DNA from: a bacterium
Lineage (GTDB): Bacteria; Patescibacteriota; Minisyncoccia; Phycocordibacterales; UBA2100
Length of the DNA stretch: 64,000 nucleotides
NCBI GenBank assembly: GCA_030647655.1
Contig: JAUSJH010000009.1
Span: 82,196 to 146,195, forward strand
Direction of reading: 5' to 3'
The translations under genes and the position numbers were made by a program. Positions 55,760 to 62,907 of this stretch are shown here, piece after piece (positions within the stretch are counted from its first letter, which is position 1; the number at the start of each line of letters is the position of its first letter). The notes under the pieces are model-generated. The model did no database searches and was not told the DNA's origin. It saw only the letters and a program-made list of their open reading frames with translations.

Positions 55760-56221
55760 ATGCGACGCCCCACAAAAAATAGAAAACAGCCCCAGCCGGA
55801 CGAAGTGTACGGCTCGTTCAAAGTCGCAAAGCTCATCAATTATGTGATGGAACGCGGAAAGAAGGACACAGCGCGCAAAATCGTCTACAAAGTGATGGAC
55901 GAATTGAAGAAAGAAGGGGACCCACTCGTAATTCTTGAAGAAGCGCTCGAGAAGGCATCTCCATCGGTGGAGGTGCGCTCGCGTCGCGTTGGTGGTGCCA
56001 ACTATCAGGTGCCGCGCGAAGTGAATCCCGCTCGCAAAATGTCTCTAGGCATGCGTTGGATTGTGGAAGCGGCCGAAGGCACCAAGGGCAAGCCGATGCA
56101 TGAATCGCTCCTCGCCGAAATCAAAGCCGCGCACAAAGGCGAAGGCGCCGCGGTGACCAAAAAAGAAACGACGCATCGCATGGCCGAGGCCAACAAAGCT
56201 TTTGCCCACTTCGCGTGGTAG
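55760..56221 (+). CDS. rpsG: 30S ribosomal protein S7
   Basis: KFVNYVMERGKK...ARKIVY...VEVRSRRVGGANYQVP. Confidence 0.95.
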   Translation: MRRPTKNRKQPQPDEVYGSFKVAKLINYVMERGKKDTARKIVYKVMDELKKEGDPLVILEEALEKASPSVEVRSRRVGGANYQVPREVNPARKMSLGMRWIVEAAEGTKGKPMHESLLAEIKAAHKGEGAAVTKKETTHRMAEANKAFAHFAW

Positions 56222-56230
56222 AATGAACGT

Positions 56231-56644
56231 ATGAGATTCGCACTGGCAGTGCTCTTGCTAACCATCGCATCTTCTTTATTTTCGTGGGTATTTGGATTCG
56301 GCGGTTCAGCGATTATAATGTTCTTACTCCCAACATTCGCGCCCACGACAAGCGCGTACCTTGCCGGCGTGCTCCTTATAGATATAGCGAGTACGGTACT
56401 TAGCTGTTGGCTTGCCGTTTTTTCGGTAACAAAAATGGGGCAACTAAAGTCTATCGATTATCCCAAAAGACTTGCCGGCGCTGTGACCTTGGTGTTTGTC
56501 GCGGTTGATTTCCTCTTTATTCTCCCGGTGGTCATAGCTGGTGGAAAGCCGTCGACGTTTACCCTCGCTTCGGTCGGGTTGTCGCTCGTTGTCACGTATT
56601 TCACCCTTCGTTTCTTTCTTGTCCGTCTCAAATCCCAAGGTTAA
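56231..56644 (+). CDS. hypothetical membrane protein (4 TM)
   Basis: Hydrophobic helices. The stop codon lies within a palindrome at the IS boundary. Confidence 0.45.
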   Translation: MRFALAVLLLTIASSLFSWVFGFGGSAIIMFLLPTFAPTTSAYLAGVLLIDIASTVLSCWLAVFSVTKMGQLKSIDYPKRLAGAVTLVFVAVDFLFILPVVIAGGKPSTFTLASVGLSLVVTYFTLRFFLVRLKSQG

Positions 56645-57400
56645 ACCTTCGCCCACTTTAAACCCCTGAGGTTAAACCTCGGGAGGTAGGTCTGCGTAGT
56701 ATGCTCGGGCATCTCGCAGCATTGCGCCGAAACTTGGCAGCGCATCGTAGTATTCCTTGATTGAAGCAGTTGTGATACGGCCTAGCCCTGTCTTGTTGGC
56801 ATGGAAGAATTCATCCACGCTCGCATACGGATAGGCGAGGATTTCCCGGCGGAGCATGCGGATGTCGCATTTCCCACGTTTCCATTCCGGCGCAAAAAGC
56901 TCTGCCGGATTCAGGAGAATATATGGCACGACCTGCTTTAAGTACCGGTCGTCGCGAATATGCTTTGCCTTGTATGTTCCGCTAAATAAGGAACCGGTCC
57001 GGTCGTTTCTGCTGTTGAAATACATCGTGTAACCAGTGAACACTTTTTGCATGAATCGCGCAATGCCATTGTCTTGCAACTGCCGGAGCAACAGGTGAAC
57101 GTGCGTCGGCATGAGAGCAAACGCGCCAATATCAACAAGTTGCTCCCCGCGGTCGACATGTTTGTCGGCGAGTATGGACTGCAAATCGACCTTGAATCTT
57201 TCCGAGACCGTCTCCGCCTTCGTCCCATTGCTTAGATACAACAAACTCATGAACCGTTCATAATCGCGACGGTGGCCAAACACCCTCCGCTTATCGACAC
57301 CTCTGTTGTAGCAGTGGTACCACTCATCGGTGACGCACGGTTCTCGTGTTGCCATGCTCTCCAGTATACCACCATCTCCCGAGGTTAAACCTCGGGAGAT
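56633..57400 (-). mobile_element. IS200-like / RAYT-type element: single Y1 HuH transposase gene bounded by palindromic hairpins
   Basis: Left palindromes AAGGTTAAACCTT (56637-56649) and CCTGAGGTTAAACCTCGGG (56665-56683). Right perfect 25-nt palindrome TCTCCCGAGGTTAAACCTCGGGAGA (57375-57399). Confidence 0.7.
56672..57355 (-). CDS. IS200/RAYT-family Y1 (HuH) transposase
   Basis: HuH motif PTHVHLLL; catalytic Tyr context GSLFSGTYKAKH; N-terminus WYHCYNRGVDKRRVF. Confidence 0.8.
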   Translation of the reverse strand: MATREPCVTDEWYHCYNRGVDKRRVFGHRRDYERFMSLLYLSNGTKAETVSERFKVDLQSILADKHVDRGEQLVDIGAFALMPTHVHLLLRQLQDNGIARFMQKVFTGYTMYFNSRNDRTGSLFSGTYKAKHIRDDRYLKQVVPYILLNPAELFAPEWKRGKCDIRMLRREILAYPYASVDEFFHANKTGLGRITTASIKEYYDALPSFGAMLRDARAYYADLPPEV

Positions 57401-57505
57401 TAGGGTTACGCTATTCAGTTGGTAAGTAATTGAGAAGCTGGCCGTCTACATAAGCAGGTAGCATACGCTACCGTCGAATTTATCACGCTAGGTTAATCAT
57501 AATAT

Positions 57506-57970
57506 ATGACAATTACAAGAACGTACACTATTGGTGCAGTTGCACTCGCCATTATCCTGCTTTTCTCCGGCGTCGCTATCGCGCAAACAGGCGCAGAAAA
57601 TGAACTTCTTGCCGCAAAGGCAAGCGCGAGCGATGCGGGCGTCCCTGTAGAATGGGATGGAGACAATCCCGTAAAGAGCGCGAACGATACGGGTCTCCCT
57701 GTAGAGATGCAGTGGGATGGATGGGATGTAACAAAGAAGGAAGCACTGCAGGCTGAACTTAAGGCAAGCGCGAACGATACGACACAAAACAGCGACCCTG
57801 CAGAATGGAATGGACCCAGCAAGGAAGGATCGGGTTCAGAGCCAAATCCGAACGATGCAGAGTTTGATTGGAGCAAGAAGGGGGCATCCGATTCAGAGGT
57901 AAGCGCAAACAGCACGACACCAAATGGCGGCACCGTAGAATGGAATGGACCCGATAAGGAAGCACAGTAA
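57506..57970 (+). CDS. small secreted repeat protein (EW[DN]G repeats)
   Basis: Signal peptide AIILLFSGVAIAQTG. Five imperfect repeats: VEWDGDNP, MQWDGWD, AEWNGPSKE, AEFDWSKK, VEWNGPDKE. Confidence 0.5.
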   Translation: MTITRTYTIGAVALAIILLFSGVAIAQTGAENELLAAKASASDAGVPVEWDGDNPVKSANDTGLPVEMQWDGWDVTKKEALQAELKASANDTTQNSDPAEWNGPSKEGSGSEPNPNDAEFDWSKKGASDSEVSANSTTPNGGTVEWNGPDKEAQ

Positions 57971-58019
57971 TCTGGGCATCCTAGGCGGATTGAAGAATCC
58001 ACTCGATTATTAAGGCATA

Positions 58020-58052
58020 GTAACGTCCGAAGGTGAAACCTTCGGACGTTAC
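58020..58052. repeat. perfect 15-bp-stem palindrome GTAACGTCCGAAGGT-gaa-ACCTTCGGACGTTAC (REP-like, shares GGTGAAACC core with IS-end palindromes)
   Basis: Seen directly, about 100 nt upstream of fusA. Confidence 0.6.
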
Positions 58053-58104
58053 CACTTCGCGTGGCAAGTTTGCATTTCCGCGGATTTCCGCTACATTACT
58101 GGGA

Positions 58105-58124
58105 CCTGCCTGCCGGCAGGCAGG
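58105..58124. repeat. perfect palindrome CCTGCCTGCCGGCAGGCAGG (second copy; first at 10221-10240)
   Basis: Seen directly, followed by a T-run. Terminator-like for the 57506-57970 gene. Confidence 0.55.
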
Positions 58125-58154
58125 CGCCTTTGGGCGATTATTTTTTGAAATTCT

Positions 58155-60296
58155 ATGGCACGAGATTATCCTCTAGAGAAAGTGAGAAATTTTGGCATAA
58201 TCGCGCACATCGATGCGGGTAAAACGACCACGTCGGAGCGCATCCTCTACTACACCGGTGAGAGTCACAAAATAGGCGAGGTACACGAGGGTGACACGGT
58301 GACCGACTGGATGGAGCAGGAGCGCGAGCGCGGCATCACCATCACCGCCGCCGCCATCACGTGTTTCTGGAATCCCAGCTACATGGGCGCGGACCTTTCA
58401 CAGAAAGTCCGCTTCAACATTATTGATACCCCCGGACACATCGACTTCACGTCCGAGGTGAAGCGAAGCATGCGCGTACTCGACGGCGCGGTCGTTGTCT
58501 TCGATGGTGTCGCGGGCGTGGAGCCGCAGAGCGAGACCAACTGGCGCTACGCGGAGGAAGCCAACGTGCCACGCGTCTGCTACATCAACAAGCTCGATCG
58601 TACCGGCGCATCATTTGAAAAATCATTTGCGAGTATTTTGGATAGGCTCTCCACAAAAGCGGTGCGCGTGCAAATCCCGATCGGTCTTGAAGATAAATTT
58701 GAAGGTGTCGTCGATCTTCTCACGATGAAGGCCTATCACTTCGAGGGGGAGAAAGGTGAAAAAGTGGTCGCGGGCGAGATCCCCGAAAATGTGAAAGCGG
58801 AAGCGGAAAAATACCGCAAAGAACTCATCGAGAAAATCGTCGAACATGACGATGCTCTAATGCATGAGTATCTTGAAGGAAGAGAGATACCGGTCGAGAT
58901 GTTGAAAAAGACGCTACGCAAAGCGGTGATTGCAAACGGTATTTTCCCCGTCCTAACAGGTTCGTCGCTCAAGAACAAGGGCGTACAGCTTGTACTCGAC
59001 GCGGTCGTCGATTACCTCCCATCGCCACTGGATATGCCTCCGGCAAAAGGCACGAACACTGACACGGGTGCCGAGGAGACCAGGCCCGCGAGCGACGAGG
59101 CGCCGTTCGCCGCTCTCATTTTTAAACTGCAGGTAGACCCGTTCGTCGGCGCTCTCTCGTTCTTCCGCGTCTATTCCGGTTCGATTGCCGCGGGCGATGA
59201 CATTTACGATTCCGCGAACAACAAAAAAGAGCGGCTCGGACGCATCGTGCGCTTGCAAGCTGACAAGCGCGAGGACGTGAAGATAGTCTACGCGGGCGAG
59301 ATTGCCGCCGCTGTCGGCTTGAAAGAAGTGAAGATTGGGCATACGCTCTGTGACCCCGCGCACCCAATCGCGCTAGAGTCCATTGTCTTCCCAGAGCCGG
59401 TGGTTTCGATGCGCATCGAGCCCAACACCAAAGCCGACCAGGAAAGAATGGGCATCGCGCTCTCGCGCCTTTCGGATGAGGACCCAACATTTCGTATCAA
59501 ATCAGATCCGGAAACGATGGAAACCATCGTTTCCGGCATGGGTGAGCTTCACCTCGAGATCATCGTCGAGCGCATGAAGCGCGAATTTGGCGTGCAAGCT
59601 TCGACGGGGAAGCCGCAGGTCGCCTATCGCGAGACCATTCAAGGCACGTCGGACGTGGAGTACAAACACATCAAGCAGACGGGCGGCCGCGGCCAGTATG
59701 GGCACGTGAAAATCCGCATCAAACCGCTCGAGCCATTGATTGAAGGAAAGAAAATCAAGAACAACGTCGAGCGCGAGGACCACTTTGAATTCATCAACAG
59801 CGTCAGGGGAGGCGTCATTCCACAGGAGTTCATCCAGCCGGTCAAAAAGGGCATCAAGGAGGCGATGGATCGCGGAGTACTCGCAGGATTTCCCGTGGTG
59901 GATATTTCCGTCGAGCTCTACGACGGCTCGGCCCACGATGTGGACTCATCCGAAATCGCCTTCAAGCTCGCGGCTATCAATGCAATGCAGGAAGCGATGC
60001 AAAAAGCGAAACCGGTACTGCTCGAACCTATTATGAAATTGGAGGTCGTGACGCCCGAGAAATTCATGGGCGATGTCACCGGCTCCATCAACTCAAAACG
60101 CGGAGCAATAGAGGCGATGGGCGAGCGTGGACAAGCACGCGTCATAACCGCCAAAGTCCCGCTCTCCGAGCTTTTCGGATTCACGACGCAATTGCGCTCT
60201 CTCACCGAAGGCCGAGCCGTGCCCAACCTCGAATTCAGCCACTACGCCATCGTCCCGAAATCTGCCGCCGACCTCGTCATTGCTGCGAGGAAGTAG
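58155..60296 (+). CDS. fusA: translation elongation factor G
   Basis: 713 aa: MARDYPLEKVRNFGIIAHIDAGKTTTSERILYYTG... through ...AIVPKSAADLVIAARK. Confidence 0.97.
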   Translation: MARDYPLEKVRNFGIIAHIDAGKTTTSERILYYTGESHKIGEVHEGDTVTDWMEQERERGITITAAAITCFWNPSYMGADLSQKVRFNIIDTPGHIDFTSEVKRSMRVLDGAVVVFDGVAGVEPQSETNWRYAEEANVPRVCYINKLDRTGASFEKSFASILDRLSTKAVRVQIPIGLEDKFEGVVDLLTMKAYHFEGEKGEKVVAGEIPENVKAEAEKYRKELIEKIVEHDDALMHEYLEGREIPVEMLKKTLRKAVIANGIFPVLTGSSLKNKGVQLVLDAVVDYLPSPLDMPPAKGTNTDTGAEETRPASDEAPFAALIFKLQVDPFVGALSFFRVYSGSIAAGDDIYDSANNKKERLGRIVRLQADKREDVKIVYAGEIAAAVGLKEVKIGHTLCDPAHPIALESIVFPEPVVSMRIEPNTKADQERMGIALSRLSDEDPTFRIKSDPETMETIVSGMGELHLEIIVERMKREFGVQASTGKPQVAYRETIQGTSDVEYKHIKQTGGRGQYGHVKIRIKPLEPLIEGKKIKNNVEREDHFEFINSVRGGVIPQEFIQPVKKGIKEAMDRGVLAGFPVVDISVELYDGSAHDVDSSEIAFKLAAINAMQEAMQKAKPVLLEPIMKLEVVTPEKFMGDVTGSINSKRGAIEAMGERGQARVITAKVPLSELFGFTTQLRSLTEGRAVPNLEFSHYAIVPKSAADLVIAARK

Positions 60297-60310
60297 GGTA
60301 TACTTTCGGC

Positions 60311-61312
60311 ATGCCTCCCGAAGAACGTGCGCCACAAGTTCCGCAGTTGCAGACCTCTCCGAATTCACACAGTACGGCTATCGCGCTCGTGATTGCTCTT
60401 GCGTCCATAAGTATTGGCGGGGTCGCGTATGCATATCGTGCGCCTTTACTGGAAATACTGCATCGGACACAAAGTCCAGCAGGTACCGTTGCGACAGAAA
60501 GTCCCGTGGATACTATTCCTCCAGCCCAAAGCCTTACAAATACTCCCACGGCAACTTCTACACATGCGCCCATAGATACAATCGCAAAAGTAAATCCCAT
60601 GCCGGAGACTGCAGGCACTGTGATGCCTTTATTTGAATACCGCCACACGGCGCGGCTACAAAAAGCTACAACTCGCGTCCCTAACACTATCCGCGTGCAG
60701 CTATATGGCCCGGCTAAACTTAGCGGATATGATTCGGATGGCAATTTTGTCACGAGAGATTCGATACTCGATCTTTGCAAAGGCATCTGTTCGGGCAAGG
60801 AAAAGCTGTCGTTTGAACTTCTTCAACAAGGAGTCGCCGATGAGCCACTGGCGAACATTGCACTTGAGAACGTACAAAAGGAGTACGATGCGTACGTCCA
60901 AAATGGAAAAGTCGGGATGTTTTACTCATCAGTTATAAGCGTATCGCTTCCCGCGAAGCCGCCTCAATCGGAAAGCTACCCGTACCCGATTTGGAGTTCG
61001 TCCTTCATTCCGTACGTTTTTTCTGACTTAAATGATAATGGTGTCTGGGATTCAGAGAAAAGTGTGGGTGGTGCTACCGACTATTTAATGTTTGTGCGAG
61101 AAAATGAAAAAAGGCCAGAGTTCGTGTTGGGATGGAATTTTGCATATGCTTCGGGCGATCAAGAAAAAGCCGCCGTGGTCAAGTTCAAAGATGATCCACG
61201 TGGACTGCAAGAATATCGGAAATCATATGATTCCGTCATATTCCAGATTCCGGTTCTTTCGACTAAAGAGTTGCTATTTTCGACAGATCTCTCCAATGTC
61301 CCGCTCCAGTAG
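60311..61312 (+). CDS. hypothetical membrane-anchored extracytoplasmic protein (cassette 1 after fusA)
   Basis: 333 aa with an N-terminal TM (AIALVIALASISIGGVAYAY), a Thr/Pro linker and a globular domain of unknown family. Starts 14 nt after the fusA stop. Confidence 0.5.
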   Translation: MPPEERAPQVPQLQTSPNSHSTAIALVIALASISIGGVAYAYRAPLLEILHRTQSPAGTVATESPVDTIPPAQSLTNTPTATSTHAPIDTIAKVNPMPETAGTVMPLFEYRHTARLQKATTRVPNTIRVQLYGPAKLSGYDSDGNFVTRDSILDLCKGICSGKEKLSFELLQQGVADEPLANIALENVQKEYDAYVQNGKVGMFYSSVISVSLPAKPPQSESYPYPIWSSSFIPYVFSDLNDNGVWDSEKSVGGATDYLMFVRENEKRPEFVLGWNFAYASGDQEKAAVVKFKDDPRGLQEYRKSYDSVIFQIPVLSTKELLFSTDLSNVPLQ

Positions 61313-61340
61313 TCTCGGGCACACCACCCTGTAACTAGCT

Positions 61341-61430
61341 GACGGCCGCGCCGTGCCCAACCTCGAATTTTCCCACTACGCAATTGTTCCGAAATCTTCT
61401 GCCGACCTTGTCATCGCGGCGAGGAAGTAG
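61341..61430 (+). repeat. degenerate copy of fusA 3' end (copy 2)
   Basis: Aligns to 60208-60296 with roughly 85% identity. In frame it re-encodes DGRAVPNLEFSHYAIVPKSSADLVIAARK plus a stop. Confidence 0.8.
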
Positions 61431-61466
61431 CTTGACATATATCTAAGCTATATATAAACTATACCA

Positions 61467-61733
61467 ATGACCACGCAAGTTGTATTCAATATAGATCCGA
61501 AGATAAAAGCGCGCGCGATGAAGCGTGCCAAGAGCGAGGGTATACCGTTTGCATCCGTTCTTAAATTCGCTACGAAGGCTTTCGCCGACGGCGCACTTTC
61601 ACTTGAGATGGTTGAAGAGATCAGACCCGAAAAATTGCAACTGATGGAGCGGGCGTCACGAGCCCTCGATCAGGGTAAGGGAAAGAGGTTTAATTCGGTG
61701 GCGGAACTTCGTAAACATATACGGAGCCTGTAA
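61467..61733 (+). CDS. type II antitoxin (RelB/DinJ- or RHH-like)
   Basis: MTTQVVFNIDPKIKARAMKRAKSEGIPFASVLKFATKAFADG, with TTGACA-type promoter upstream (61432-61437) and the toxin gene 2 nt downstream. Confidence 0.6.
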   Translation: MTTQVVFNIDPKIKARAMKRAKSEGIPFASVLKFATKAFADGALSLEMVEEIRPEKLQLMERASRALDQGKGKRFNSVAELRKHIRSL

Positions 61734-61735
61734 CT

Positions 61736-62017
61736 ATGACGGATTGTCCGCGCTATACCATCGCGTATGATTCCGCATTTGATCGCATTCTCAAAAAACT
61801 GAAGCGCCGCGACCCGGCGCTTCTCACGGCACTTGATCTCGGGATTGAGAAAATATTGAAAGAGCCGATGCTTGGGAAACCGTTGAAAAATGTGTTGCGG
61901 AATTCTCGGAGACTCCATATCGAAGGGTCGTTTGTCCTTCTCTATGAAATATACGAATGCCAAGTTCGTTTGCTCGATTTTGACCATCACGACCGGATAT
62001 ACAGGAAATACTCTTAA
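61736..62017 (+). CDS. type II toxin, RelE/ParE family
   Basis: LGKPLKNVLRNSRRLHIEGSFVLLYEIYECQVRLLDFDHHDRIYRK. Confidence 0.7.
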   Translation: MTDCPRYTIAYDSAFDRILKKLKRRDPALLTALDLGIEKILKEPMLGKPLKNVLRNSRRLHIEGSFVLLYEIYECQVRLLDFDHHDRIYRKYS

Positions 62018-62031
62018 CATCTTCGAACCCT

Positions 62032-62209
62032 TCGGCTTCACCACACAGCTCCGCTCTCTCACCGAAGGCTCCCGATTTTCATATCGTTACTGCGATATAG
62101 AAAAGCGCAGTCCCCTTTGGGGGCCGCGCGGTACCCAATCTCGAGTTCTCTCACTACGCAATTGTTCCGAAATCTGCCGCCGACCTCGTCATCGCGGCGA
62201 GGAAGTAAA
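62032..62209 (+). repeat. composite degenerate copy of fusA 3' end (copy 3) interrupted by a 52-nt insert (62071-62122)
   Basis: 62032-62070 matches fusA 60174-60212 (FGFTTQLRSLTEG). 62123-62209 matches fusA 60211-60296 (VPNLEFSHYAIVPKSAADLVIAARK plus a stop). The insert carries two small hairpins. Confidence 0.8.
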
Positions 62210-62298
62210 ATACCGCGGCTGAACCTCGACAATCAGGGGGCTTTGCGATATCAGGCCTCTGTAATAGTATGAGGTCTTAGCCGTCTAAAAGGCACACT

Positions 62299-62814
62299 AT
62301 GCAAAAACCATACACATGGGTAATCGGACTTCTCATTGTCGCGTTTGTAGGATATGGCGTCTATGCGCTCAGCTCTAAAAACACCACTCCTCCCGGAGGA
62401 CAGGCATGTACGCAGGAAGCAAAGCAGTGCCCCGACGGCTCGTATGTCAGTCGCGTCGCACCCTCGTGCGAATTCGCGGCGTGCCCATCGACAGTGGGCT
62501 ACGGCACCATACAAGGGAGGGTAACGCTCGGGCCCACCTGCCCCGTGGAAACTGTGCCGCCAGACCCATCATGCGCCACCCAACCCTACCCCTACCAGAC
62601 TACTGTAACGGCTACGGGCGGCGGGCGTAGTGTGACGGTACCGACCGACGCCGCGGGCTCTTTCCGCGTCTCGCTTACTCCCGGCACTTACACTGTCTCT
62701 GCGGCCGGAGGCAACAACACGTTTCCTTCGTGTGCAAAAGCGGAACAAAGTGTTGAGCTCAAAGCAGGACAGACCACGACCGTGGATATCTCCTGCGATA
62801 CCGGCATCCGATAA
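62299..62814 (+). CDS. small membrane-anchored secreted protein, Cys-rich, hypothetical
   Basis: N-terminal TM, then a Cys-rich region and a Thr/Gly-rich beta domain. Promoter-like TTGCGA/TAGTAT upstream. Confidence 0.5.
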   Translation: MQKPYTWVIGLLIVAFVGYGVYALSSKNTTPPGGQACTQEAKQCPDGSYVSRVAPSCEFAACPSTVGYGTIQGRVTLGPTCPVETVPPDPSCATQPYPYQTTVTATGGGRSVTVPTDAAGSFRVSLTPGTYTVSAAGGNNTFPSCAKAEQSVELKAGQTTTVDISCDTGIR

Positions 62815-62907
62815 TAAATAACCAGGGCGGGCTGTTCCAGAGAGGCCCTAGACACAACTGCGTGGCGTGCCACCATGGAGAGATTATGAATAGGTCCCTC
62901 ATTCTCC

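Noticed and set aside
61890-62222. 110-aa ORF spanning the end of the RelE-like gene region and fusA repeat copy 3
   Set aside because: Its sequence is the fusA-end repeat read through a 52-nt insert in a shifted frame (…FGFTTQLRSLTEGSRFSYRYCDIEKRS…). A by-product of the repeat, not a gene.
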